A stretch of 64,000 nucleotides of DNA from the NCBI GenBank assembly GCA_963833225.1, contig CAWHXD010000008.1:928001-992000 (forward strand), read 5' to 3'. Shown piece by piece: positions 19,459 to 28,686 of this stretch (the stretch's first letter is position 1; every line of letters starts with the position of its first letter). Both the position numbers and the translations under genes were made by a program. The stretch is from an uncultured Chloroflexia bacterium. GTDB taxonomy: Bacteria > Chloroflexota > Limnocylindria > Limnocylindrales > CSP1-4. The notes under the pieces were generated by a model that was given only the letters and a program-made list of their open reading frames with translations, ran no database searches and had not been told where the DNA came from.

Positions 19459-20874
19459 ATGACGGTCAACAGGTTCAAGTGGGGCCGCATCCCTGTCGGG
19501 ATCACGGTCCTCGCGCTCCTCGCAGGTGCATGCGGAGGCGGCACGGCCACGACGGCGCCCCAGGATTCGGGGGCCGCACCCGCCACGGTCGCACCCGTCG
19601 AGTCGACCGCAATGTCGACCGAGCCGGTGGTCGTCTGCGAGCTCGCCTACTACACCGGGGCGTTCGCGGACTACGGTCCGTCGCTCACCAACGACGTGCG
19701 CTTCGCGGTCGAGGACGTCATCAACGCCGATCCGCCGCTCGGCCGCTCCTGGGAGCTCGTCTCCGAGGACATCGGCGACGACCATGAGGGCCAGGCGGCC
19801 AAGATCTGCCTCGAGCAGCACAAGGCCGAGATCCTCGTCAGCATCGCCCACCAGTACCGGACCTACCGGGACTACATGATGGAGTACTGGCAGGAGAACG
19901 ATTCCCCGCTCGGGCCGTCCGTCCACGGCGGCGCCATCCCGGGCAACCTCGGCGGCAAGGCCGCGGAGCCGATCTTCCGGGCGCAGGGCCTCGACGAGGC
20001 GCTGGGCACCTACGGGGCGCTCTATGCGGAGCAGGAAGGCCTCACCAACATCGTGATCTTCGCGACCCAGGTCGAGGGCTTCCAGCTCGCGGCCGATGCC
20101 TCCGAGAAGGCCGCGGGCATCCTGGGCCTCAATCTCCTGCAGCGGATCAACGTCCCCGCGAAGCAGGCCTCGTACCGGGCCGAGGCCCAGAAGATCGCTG
20201 GTCTACACCCCGATGCCGTGCTCGTCCAGGCGGGCTCCACCGAATCCGCCGCCCTCATCAAGGGCGCGGCCGAGGCCGGCCTGTCTCTCACCTGGATCGG
20301 CGAGACCGGCTGGAGCGAGGCGCAGTTCATCGGGACGCTGGGCACGGATCCGATCGCCTCGCAGCAGTCGATCGGCTTCCCCTCGTTCGCCCCCAACAAG
20401 TCGACCCCGGCCTGGGCGTTCTACCAGCCCCTGTGGGACGGCCAGACGAACTGCGCCGAGGGCGTGACCGCCTGCCCGCCCTACGACGCTGGCAACCAGT
20501 ACGCCTTCTCCACCTACGATCTGTTCGTCCAGACGGCGCTGGCCGTCGAGGCGGGCGGGTCATACCTGGCCAGTGACTGGGCCCCGGCGATGTTCGAGGT
20601 CGGTGACGTCGGCGAGAAGTGCTACACCTACCTGGACTGCCTGAAGCTGATCCGCGAAGGCAAGGACATCGACTACGACGGGGTCACCGGCCCCGGTCTG
20701 TACACGGACGGTGGCGTCAACGCCGTCACGCCGGCCTACATCCCGTTCCAGGCGGACGGAACACCGGGCGAACCGGTGCTCCTCGACGCTGCGAAGGGCC
20801 TTGACATCCTCGACCAGATCGTGACCAAGGCTGACTGCACGCCCGAGAACCCGCCCAACGAGTGCAAGTGGTAG
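19459..20874 (+). CDS. ABC transporter substrate-binding lipoprotein (LivK/J-like fold, ligand unknown)
   Basis: Lipobox LAGAC, TGAFADYG, GKDIDYDGVTG. Last gene of the ABC operon. Confidence 0.88.
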   Translation: MTVNRFKWGRIPVGITVLALLAGACGGGTATTAPQDSGAAPATVAPVESTAMSTEPVVVCELAYYTGAFADYGPSLTNDVRFAVEDVINADPPLGRSWELVSEDIGDDHEGQAAKICLEQHKAEILVSIAHQYRTYRDYMMEYWQENDSPLGPSVHGGAIPGNLGGKAAEPIFRAQGLDEALGTYGALYAEQEGLTNIVIFATQVEGFQLAADASEKAAGILGLNLLQRINVPAKQASYRAEAQKIAGLHPDAVLVQAGSTESAALIKGAAEAGLSLTWIGETGWSEAQFIGTLGTDPIASQQSIGFPSFAPNKSTPAWAFYQPLWDGQTNCAEGVTACPPYDAGNQYAFSTYDLFVQTALAVEAGGSYLASDWAPAMFEVGDVGEKCYTYLDCLKLIREGKDIDYDGVTGPGLYTDGGVNAVTPAYIPFQADGTPGEPVLLDAAKGLDILDQIVTKADCTPENPPNECKW

Positions 20875-20902
20875 CGATCGGACCTCGCGTCTGATCTCCA
20901 GG

Positions 20903-20939
20903 AAGGGGCCCTCCTGTCCACGACGGGAGGGCCCCTTTT
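20903..20939 (+). terminator. Rho-independent terminator
   Basis: AAGGGGCCCTCC...GGAGGGCCCCTT stem ending in a T run. Confidence 0.8.
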
Positions 20940-20954
20940 CCATGCCGTCTCGGC

Positions 20955-21001
20955 TTGACCCGAGCCGGTCGCTCGACTAACATCGATAATCGATTATCTA
21001 G
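20955..21001 (+). promoter_or_regulatory. Sigma70-type promoter of the cupin-transketolase operon with GntR-type operator
   Basis: TTGACC-N17-TAACAT overlapped by ATCGATAATCGATTATCTAG (20982-21001). Confidence 0.75.
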
Positions 21002-21038
21002 ACCGACGGGCTCCCCGTCATGCCGTTGAGGTGCTCCG

Positions 21039-21407
21039 ATGATCACGCGCGTGGCCCGCGACGACGCCGAGAAGGTCCCGCTCCCCGGGCGCGTCTGGCA
21101 CTCCTACTTCGGGCCCAAGGACGGCGTGTCCACGCTGGTCTCGCTGGGGGTCTCGGTCTACCCGCCCGGCTCGAAGCCCGAGGGCCACGTCCATGCCGCC
21201 GAGGAGGAGACCATCTACTGCGCCGCCGGCCGCGGACGGATCGTGACGCCGGACGGCGTCGCCGAGGTCTGGCCGGGCGTGGTGGTCCACGTCTCCCCCG
21301 GCACCTTCCACGCCACCGAGGCTGACGGCCCCGAGCCGCTCGAGCTGCTGTGCCTGTTCTCCCCGCCCGTCGTCTCCGGCTCCTACGAGCAGAAGGACGC
21401 CTCATGA
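21039..21407 (+). CDS. Cupin domain protein
   Basis: HVH...EETIY...G.G and PGTFH motifs. Confidence 0.88.
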   Translation: MITRVARDDAEKVPLPGRVWHSYFGPKDGVSTLVSLGVSVYPPGSKPEGHVHAAEEETIYCAAGRGRIVTPDGVAEVWPGVVVHVSPGTFHATEADGPEPLELLCLFSPPVVSGSYEQKDAS

Positions 21408-22303
21408 ACCAGACCAGCACCCACGCGGCGCCCGCGCCGGTCGACCTCGAGCACCTGCGGGAGATGGCCCGGCGGATCCGGGTCGAGCTGGTGCGGGCCG
21501 TCTACCACGCGAAGGCGGGGCACCTCGGCGGGCCGCTGTCCGCCGCCGACATGCTCTCCGCGCTCTACTTCTCGGAGCTCCGGATCCGCCCGGACGAGCC
21601 CGGCTGGCCGGACCGCGACCGCTTCGTCCTGTCCAAGGGCCACTCGTCCATCGGGCTGTACGCGGCGATGGCCCTGCGCGGGTACTTCCCGGTCGAGGAG
21701 CTCCTGACCTTCGATGGCGCGCACTCCCGGCTGCAGGGTCACCCGGACATGACCCGGCTGCCCGGCCTCGACATGTCGACCGGCTCGCTGGGGATGGGGA
21801 TCTCCGCGGCGATGGGCATGGCACTCGGCGCCAGGCTGACGGGCCGCGACGTCCGCGCCTTCGTGATGCTCGGCGACGGCGAGTGCCAGGAGGGCGAGGT
21901 CTGGGAGGCCGCGAACGCGGCTCCCCACTACCAGCTCGACAACCTGATCGCGATCATCGATCACAACAAGCTGCAGCAGTACGGCTGGCCGGGCGACGGC
22001 CCGGACGGCCGGATCCCGCCGCAGAGCCCGGGCGAGATGGCCGGGAAATGGTCGGCCTTCGGCTGGCGCGTCCTCGAGGTGGACGGCCACGACATGGCCG
22101 CCATCGTCGACGTCCTGGCGCAGGCGCGAAAGGGCGACGGCCGGCCCGTCGCGATCATCAGCCACACCGTGAAGGGCAAGGGCGTGTCGTACATGGAGGG
22201 CCGCTACTTCTGGCACACCCGCGCGATCAAGCCGGAGGATCTGGCGATCGCCATGCGCGATCTCGGCGAACCAGAGCCGGTCGTGGAAGGAGTGGCTCGA
22301 TGA
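21404..22303 (+). CDS. Transketolase, N-terminal (ThDP-binding) subunit of a split enzyme
   Basis: GHLGG, RDRFVLSKGH, LQGHP, STGSLG, GDGECQEG...N, TVKGKG. ATG at 21404. Confidence 0.95.
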   Translation: MNQTSTHAAPAPVDLEHLREMARRIRVELVRAVYHAKAGHLGGPLSAADMLSALYFSELRIRPDEPGWPDRDRFVLSKGHSSIGLYAAMALRGYFPVEELLTFDGAHSRLQGHPDMTRLPGLDMSTGSLGMGISAAMGMALGARLTGRDVRAFVMLGDGECQEGEVWEAANAAPHYQLDNLIAIIDHNKLQQYGWPGDGPDGRIPPQSPGEMAGKWSAFGWRVLEVDGHDMAAIVDVLAQARKGDGRPVAIISHTVKGKGVSYMEGRYFWHTRAIKPEDLAIAMRDLGEPEPVVEGVAR

Positions 22304-23244
22304 CCGCCGTGATGGGCCGCCCGCAGCGCGAGATCTTCGGCGAGACGGTGGCCGCCCTCGCGGACACCGACCCCCGCATCTACGTCCTCGACGGAGATGT
22401 CGGCTCGTCAACCAAGGCCGACATCGTGGAGAAGGCCCACCCGGACCGCTACCTCCAGATGGGGATCGCCGAGCAGAACATGCTGGGCGTGGCGGCCGGG
22501 ATGGCCACCATGGGCCTCGTGCCGTTCATCAGCACCTTCGTCTCGTTCGCGGTCGTGCGCCCGCTGGACCAGGTCCGGGTGCTGATCGCGCAGACGGGCG
22601 CCAACGTCAAGATCACGCCCAGCTATGGCGGCCTGTTCACCGGGCAGACCGGCATGAGCCACATCATCGTCGACGACTACGCGATCATGCGGGCGATGCC
22701 GGGCATGGTCACGGTGTCGCCGTGCGACGACATCGAGGCCGCGGAGGCCCTGCGCTGGGCAGCCGCATACGAGGGCCCGTGCTACATCCGGCTCGGCCGC
22801 GACGCCACGCCGCGCGTGTTCGGTGACGACCACGCGTTCGCCTTCGGGAAGGCCGAGGTCGTGCGTGAGGGCGAGGACGTCACCCTGATCTCCACGGGTG
22901 CCCAGACGGCCCGGACGCTCCAGGCCGCCGACCTGCTGGCCGCCGCCGGGATCGAGGCCCACGTGCTCCACGTGGCCACGCTCAAGCCCCTCGACGTGGC
23001 GTCGATCGTGACGGCCGCCGAGCGGACCGGGCGCGTGATCACGGTCGAGGAGCACACGGTGATCGGCGGCCTGGGCGGCGCCGTGGCGGAGGCGCTCGCC
23101 GAGCACCGGCCGACGCGGGTCAACCGGATCGGGCTCCAGGACTGCTATATCCAGTCGGGACCCAACGATGCGCTCCTCGACATCTACGGGCTCTCCGGGG
23201 AGCGGGTCGCGGAGCAGGTGCGGGAGATCCTCCGCGCGTCCTGA
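22300..23244 (+). CDS. Transketolase, C-terminal subunit of a split enzyme
   Basis: GIAEQNM, YIRLGR, TLKPLD, TVEEH...GGLG. ATG at 22300. Confidence 0.95.
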   Translation: MTAVMGRPQREIFGETVAALADTDPRIYVLDGDVGSSTKADIVEKAHPDRYLQMGIAEQNMLGVAAGMATMGLVPFISTFVSFAVVRPLDQVRVLIAQTGANVKITPSYGGLFTGQTGMSHIIVDDYAIMRAMPGMVTVSPCDDIEAAEALRWAAAYEGPCYIRLGRDATPRVFGDDHAFAFGKAEVVREGEDVTLISTGAQTARTLQAADLLAAAGIEAHVLHVATLKPLDVASIVTAAERTGRVITVEEHTVIGGLGGAVAEALAEHRPTRVNRIGLQDCYIQSGPNDALLDIYGLSGERVAEQVREILRAS

Positions 23245-23252
23245 TCCGGAGC

Positions 23253-23930
23253 CTATCTGGACGCGGTCGTCGCCAACCAGCGATCGAGGAGCCGCGCAGA
23301 GACGTCGTGGAAGTGGTCCCGCAGCGCCTTCTCGACGGCGGCCGGGTCGCGCCCCTTGACCGCATCGAGGATGCCCCGGTGCAGGCCCGCGGTCCAGCTC
23401 GCGTCCGCGCCCGGCGCCAGCAGCGTGATGTAGGTGCGCGAGAACGGCTCCAGCGCGCGCCAGACACGCTCAAGCGTCGCGTTGCCCGCGAGACGCAGGA
23501 TGCGAGCGTGGAAGGCCGCGTCGCGTACCGCCACGTCGTGGCGGTCATCACGGCCGGCCGCCTCCAGCAGCGCAGCGTGGAGGGCCTCGATCTCGGCGAG
23601 ATCCGCGTCGGTCATCCTGGGGATCCCCAGTCGCACCCCGAGGCTTTCGAGCTCGGCGCGAACCTCGTACGCCTCGAGGAGCTCGGTATCCGTCGGGCGG
23701 CGCACCCGGGCGCCCTTGAAGGGCAGGATCTCCACGACACCGAGGGCCTCGAGGCCGCGGAGCGCCTCCCGGACCGGGGCCTGGCTTGTGCCGACGTCGC
23801 GTGCCACGCGAGTCTCGATGATGCGGTCGTGGGGCTGGTACTGGCCAGACAGGATGGCACGCAGCAGGTGATCCTTCACCTGCTCCGACAGCGAGCTGCG
23901 AGCGACGGCGCCTTGGTCAGTCATGTCCAT
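23253..23930 (-). CDS. GntR family (FadR/FCD) regulator, paralog of 12035-12790
   Basis: VGTSQAPVREALRGL and DAAFH. Confidence 0.93.
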   Translation of the reverse strand: MDMTDQGAVARSSLSEQVKDHLLRAILSGQYQPHDRIIETRVARDVGTSQAPVREALRGLEALGVVEILPFKGARVRRPTDTELLEAYEVRAELESLGVRLGIPRMTDADLAEIEALHAALLEAAGRDDRHDVAVRDAAFHARILRLAGNATLERVWRALEPFSRTYITLLAPGADASWTAGLHRGILDAVKGRDPAAVEKALRDHFHDVSARLLDRWLATTASR

Positions 23931-26772
23931 CTCGTACGGGGGCGGGGCTCGCCCGTAGTGTGCGACGTTTCGAGTCTGTCGCGTCGAGTCGTTTCGCGAG
24001 CACCTCCGCGAGGTGGCGCGCCCGCCGGCCGTCGAGGAATGCCACCTGCGTTCGGCACGAGAAGCCGTCGGCCAGGATCTCCGTCCTCTCCCCCGTCGCC
24101 CGCAGGGCGGGCAGGAGCGCGAGCTCGGCCACGTCGCGCGAGATCCGCTCGTGTCCGGCCTCGGCGCCGAAGTTCCCGGCCAGGCCGCAACAGCCCTGGA
24201 GCACTTGGGTCGGCTCGATGCCGGCCGCGGCCATCAGGCGCCGGTCGGCGGCGGTCCCCAGCACCGCCTGCTGGTGGCAGTGCGGCTGGACCAGCGCCTC
24301 GAGCGGCTCGCCCGCGGGGGGAATCCAGCCCGCGGTCTCGAGCAGCTCGGCGAAGGTCGTCACGCGACGCGCCAGCGAGGCCGCGGCCGGGTCGTCGGGC
24401 AGCAGCTCGCGGAGGTCGACCCGGAGCGTGGTCGCGCACGACGGCTCCAGGACCAGGACCGGCTCGTCACCGGCAAGCTCCGGCGCCGCGAGCGTCCGTC
24501 GCAGCTCGGCCCGCGCCCGGTCCAGCTGGCCCGTGGTGATGGCGGTGAGGCCGCAGCACACCGGGGTGGCCGGGACCACGGCGCTGAAGCCCGCCGCGGC
24601 GAGGACCCGCAGGGCGGCATGGCCAACCTCGGGGGCGAGGTGGTTGGTGAACGTGTCCGGCCACACGACGACCCGGCGCGTGCCGGCGCCGGGCGCGGGG
24701 GTGCTGGGGACCGCGGTCGAGACGAATGTCCGGGGCGCGAGTCTCGGGATCCCCCGCTCCCCGGCGATCCCGGTGAGGAGCGCGGCGGCGCGGCGGGTCG
24801 GGGCGAAGCCCATCACGGCGTTGGCGATCCTCGGGCCACCTGGCACGCGGCGAACGACACGGAGCCACTGCGGGAGCCGCCCCAGCGAGTAGTGGGAGCG
24901 GGGTCGGACCCGGCCCCGGTAGTGATGCTCGAGGAACTCGGCCTTGTAGGCCGCCATGTCCACGCCGGTGGGGCATTCGCTCACGCACGCTCGACAGGAG
25001 AGGCACAGGTCAAGCGCGTCGCGGACCTCGGTGGACCGCCAGCCATCCGCCGCCAGCGACCCCGCTGCCATCTCCTGGAGCAGCCGGGCGCGGCCACGGG
25101 TGGAGTCCTGCTCCTGGCCCGTGGCGCGATAGCTGGGGCACATCGCCGCCCCGTGCTGGCGCGAGACGCACTTCCCGACGCCGATGCAGCGCTCAACCGC
25201 CTGGCGCAGGTCGCCGCCGTCCACCTCGTGGGCGAGGACCGGTGCCAGGTCGATCAGCGTCGGGCGGGGCCGGCGCAGATCCTCGGTGAGCGGGACAGGA
25301 TCCACGAGGATCCCCGGGTTCAGCACGTTCCCCGGATCCCAGGCGGTCTTCCAGGCACGGAACGCCTCGAGCATCTCGGGCGAGAACTGGCGGGCGAGAA
25401 GCTCGCCGCGGGCGCGCCCGTCACCGTGCTCGCCCGAGAGCGAGCCGCCGTGCCGCAGGACCAGGTCCGCGGCGTCGCCCATGAACGTCTTGAGCCGCTC
25501 GGTGCCGCCGGGCCGGTCCAGCCCGAACCCCACCCGGAGATGGATGCAGCCCTCGCCAAAGTGGCCGTAGGTCACGCCCTCGAGATCACGATCCCGGAGC
25601 AGGGCACGGAGCTCGCCCAGGTACGCGGCCAGACGCTCGGGTGGGACGACGCCGTCCTCGAAACCCGGCCATGCGGGCGAGCCGTCAGGAAGGCGAGCGG
25701 CGCGGCCGGCGCCGTCCTCGCGCACGCGCCACAGCGCCGCCTGCGCCGCCGCGTCCTCCACCAGCGCGGTGTCGGCGGCACCCGATCGCCGGCCGATCGT
25801 CGCGGCCAGGCGAGCGGCGTGATCCTGGAGGTCGCCTCTGGCCTCGCCACCGGCCTCGACCAGCAGCCAGGCACCGCCGGGCGGGAGGAGCCCGGGATCT
25901 CGCCGGCCCGGGAGCAGCTCCGGGGTGAGGCTCTCGAGGGTGAACGGCCGCTCCGGGAGCAGGTCGGTGACCGCCGCCGCCGCGTCGATCTCGTCCGCGA
26001 AGGCAAGGACCAGGAGGCCGCGCACGGCGGGCGGGCGGACCAGACGGATCGTCGCCTCGGAGATGACCGCGCACGTCCCCTCGCTGCCCACGAGCGCCCT
26101 CGCCACATCCCCACCGCGCTCGGGGAGCAACCAGTCCAGGGCGTAGCCCGAGACCCGTCTCGGCCAGGCCGGCAGCTCGCGACGGATGGTGGCGCCGTGG
26201 GTCTCGAGGAGGGCCGCCAGGCGGCCGTCGAATGCCGGCCCGAGCGCACCCGTGCGTCGCCGGACCCCGTCCGGCGTGATGACCTCGAGATCGAGCGTGT
26301 TCTCGGCGGCGGTCCCCCACCGGACGCTCCGGGCGCCACAGGCGTTGTTGCCCAGCATGCCGCCGAGCGTGCAGCGGCTGTGGGTCGACGGATCGGGGCC
26401 TACCCGCAGCCCGTGGACGGCGGCGGCCCGGTTGACATCGTCGAGGACCGTCCCCGGCAGCACCGTCGCGGTGAGCGTCTCGGCATCCACGGCCAGCACC
26501 CCTGCCAGGTGCCGCGACAGGTCCACCACCAGGCCCGAGCCGATCGCATTGCCGGCGATGCTCGTGCCGGCGCCGCGCATCGTGAGCGGCACACGGGCCT
26601 CCGCCGCCAGGGCGACGGCCGCGGCGAGGTCGTCGCGGTCCGCTGGAGCGACCACCGCGGCGGGCAACACGCGGTAGTTGGACGCGTCCGAGCTGTACAG
26701 GGCACGGGTCCCGATGTCGACCGCGACGGCGCCGCGCACGGCCCGGCGCAGGCGCGGCAGCAGCGCCGCCAT
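23917..26772 (-). CDS. FAD-binding and (Fe-S)-binding oxidoreductase (GlcD-GlcF fusion, YdiJ-like)
   Basis: RGAGTSIAGN, TLGGMLGNNACG, GSEGT, GEHGDG, CIGVGKC, CLSCRAC..ECP, CCG domains. Start may lie up to about 26904. Confidence 0.9.
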   Translation of the reverse strand: MAALLPRLRRAVRGAVAVDIGTRALYSSDASNYRVLPAAVVAPADRDDLAAAVALAAEARVPLTMRGAGTSIAGNAIGSGLVVDLSRHLAGVLAVDAETLTATVLPGTVLDDVNRAAAVHGLRVGPDPSTHSRCTLGGMLGNNACGARSVRWGTAAENTLDLEVITPDGVRRRTGALGPAFDGRLAALLETHGATIRRELPAWPRRVSGYALDWLLPERGGDVARALVGSEGTCAVISEATIRLVRPPAVRGLLVLAFADEIDAAAAVTDLLPERPFTLESLTPELLPGRRDPGLLPPGGAWLLVEAGGEARGDLQDHAARLAATIGRRSGAADTALVEDAAAQAALWRVREDGAGRAARLPDGSPAWPGFEDGVVPPERLAAYLGELRALLRDRDLEGVTYGHFGEGCIHLRVGFGLDRPGGTERLKTFMGDAADLVLRHGGSLSGEHGDGRARGELLARQFSPEMLEAFRAWKTAWDPGNVLNPGILVDPVPLTEDLRRPRPTLIDLAPVLAHEVDGGDLRQAVERCIGVGKCVSRQHGAAMCPSYRATGQEQDSTRGRARLLQEMAAGSLAADGWRSTEVRDALDLCLSCRACVSECPTGVDMAAYKAEFLEHHYRGRVRPRSHYSLGRLPQWLRVVRRVPGGPRIANAVMGFAPTRRAAALLTGIAGERGIPRLAPRTFVSTAVPSTPAPGAGTRRVVVWPDTFTNHLAPEVGHAALRVLAAAGFSAVVPATPVCCGLTAITTGQLDRARAELRRTLAAPELAGDEPVLVLEPSCATTLRVDLRELLPDDPAAASLARRVTTFAELLETAGWIPPAGEPLEALVQPHCHQQAVLGTAADRRLMAAAGIEPTQVLQGCCGLAGNFGAEAGHERISRDVAELALLPALRATGERTEILADGFSCRTQVAFLDGRRARHLAEVLAKRLDATDSKRRTLRASPAPVRDGHD

Positions 26773-26959
26773 GGCATCAACGCTGGCGGGATCGGCGAGG
26801 GTGGTGATGGTGGGCTCCAGGGTGGCGAGGTCGCAGGGGCTCGAGCCTCCAAGGGTACGGTGCCGGCCACCCGATCGCACCGCGCCCGAACCGGCCGCTA
26901 CCATCGGACGACGTCGGGACAGCGACGAGGCCGACGACGCAGCCCCTGGAGCGCACCTG

Positions 26960-27582
26960 ATGCCCGATCGGGATCACCTCGAATCCGACCTCGCCGCCTT
27001 CTACGACCAGCAGGCCCCCCGGCGCCTCGCGCGCGGCGGCGGGGGTCGTGGCGCGAGGCCGCGCGCGAGGCCTTTGCCGCCCAGCTGCGCACAGAGGGTC
27101 GGACCACGCTCGTCGAGATCGGCACCGGCGCCGGCCACGACGCCGCCGCATTCGGGACCGCCGGTCTCACGGTGGCCGGCATCGATCTCTCGCCCGAGCA
27201 CGTCCGCATCTGTCGCGAGCGCGGCGTCGAGGCCCACCTTGCCTCGGTCTTCGAGCTCCCCTTCGAGGACAGCGCGTTCGCGGCCGGCTGGACGATGAGC
27301 ACCCTGCTCCACGTCCCCAACGACCGGATCGACGCCGCCCTCGACGAGATCATGCGCGTCCTGGTGCCCGGGGCCCCGCTTGCCATCGGCCTCTGGAGCG
27401 GCCCCGACGAGGAGGCGATCAACGAGGACGATGAGATCGAGCCGAAGCGCTTCTTCAGCCGCCGCAGCGACCGGCGCCTGCGCGAGATCCTCGAGCGTCA
27501 CGGCGCCGTCGAGCGGTTCGAGACGTGGGACATCCCGGGCAACGACTGGCCCTACCAGTTCGCCATCCTGCGCCGGCCGTAG
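26960..27582 (+). CDS. Class I SAM-dependent methyltransferase (frameshift near 27040)
   Basis: MPDRDHLESDLAAFYDQ, then in another frame LVEIGTGAGHDA...GIDLS...TLLHVP...LVPGA. Confidence 0.8.
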
Positions 27583-27764
27583 CGGGCGCCGGCGTGCCAC
27601 GTCGGCAGGGTTCTCGCTGCCGCTCTTGCGCGAGTGCCGAGAAGCGCCGACCATCGAGCGAAGCGTCCGTCACCGCACTGGAGGTAGCAGGTTGGAGCAC
27701 CGAACGTCGCGGCGCGGGTTCGGCCCCTTCCGCGCGACCAACCTGGCCACTCGGGGGCGCATGC

Positions 27765-28544
27765 GTGAGTGACCGGTCGCCGGCGGCGATCCAGCCTGGC
27801 AGCAGCGCGTATCGAGCGCCGGGCATCGCCTTGTGGCGCGCGGTGTTCAGGCCGCTGCGCCCCGATCTGGAGTCTGTCGGGCGCTACGCCGCGATCTTGG
27901 CGGGTGCGATCGCGGGTGGACTCCTGTTCCGCTGGCACACGCCTGTTGGCTACGTCGTTCTGCTGCTGGCGCTCGCGCTGGCCGTGCTGCCTCCGCTCCT
28001 CGGGCGCGGCCTGTGGGGTTGGCAGGCCGTGCTCATCAGCAGCGGGCTCCGAAGCCGGACCCAGATCAAGGCCATCGTGGGTGAGGTCAACTCCAAGGCA
28101 GCAGCGGAGTGGCTGGCCGCCTCGTCGGGCGCATCGGCCAGCGACCGCTACCACGTGCTCGCCTTTCTGGGACGCGATGAGGAGGCGGAGCGCCTCATCC
28201 CGGAGCTGCCGACCTCGACTCCCGATGAGCGCTTCGATCGCGCCTGGAACGAGGTGGGTCGAGACTGGCGAACGACGAGCGCGCTGGATGTCAAGCCCAT
28301 GACCGAGATGCTGCCCGAGCTCGTGGCGCAGGCGCGGGTGCGTGCCGAGATCGACATCGCGTTCATGCAAGCGCTCGATGCTGCGGGGGCTGGACGCTCC
28401 CTGGCGACTCTGCCGCCACCTCCTCGCGTAGAGCTGTCGATGGCGGGCCGGCTGCTGGCTTGGTGGCATCGCTACTGGCTGGTCTGGCGGACGCTCCTCG
28501 TGTTCGCGGTGACGGCCATCATCGCCGTGCTTCTTGTGCGGTAG
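27765..28544 (+). CDS. Hypothetical membrane protein
   Basis: Two N-terminal and one C-terminal hydrophobic segments around a helical soluble region. Start inferred. Confidence 0.6.
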   Translation: MSDRSPAAIQPGSSAYRAPGIALWRAVFRPLRPDLESVGRYAAILAGAIAGGLLFRWHTPVGYVVLLLALALAVLPPLLGRGLWGWQAVLISSGLRSRTQIKAIVGEVNSKAAAEWLAASSGASASDRYHVLAFLGRDEEAERLIPELPTSTPDERFDRAWNEVGRDWRTTSALDVKPMTEMLPELVAQARVRAEIDIAFMQALDAAGAGRSLATLPPPPRVELSMAGRLLAWWHRYWLVWRTLLVFAVTAIIAVLLVR

Positions 28545-28686
28545 CGACCCCGCTCTACGCCGACGGGAACATGCCCTGCGTCCGGCTTGCCGGATCGCCT
28601 CGGCACGGTTGACAGGCGGCGCGCCAGGTGACATCGTTGCATACGCAACGATCCTGTCCGGGATCGACCCGGGGAACTCACGCACC

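Noticed and set aside
24013-26959. Long antisense or overlapping ORFs (5' part of the 1189-aa ORF; also 12657-15263 and 36041-38455)
   Set aside because: Shadow frames of real genes in GC-rich DNA, Arg/Gly/Ala-rich and without motifs.
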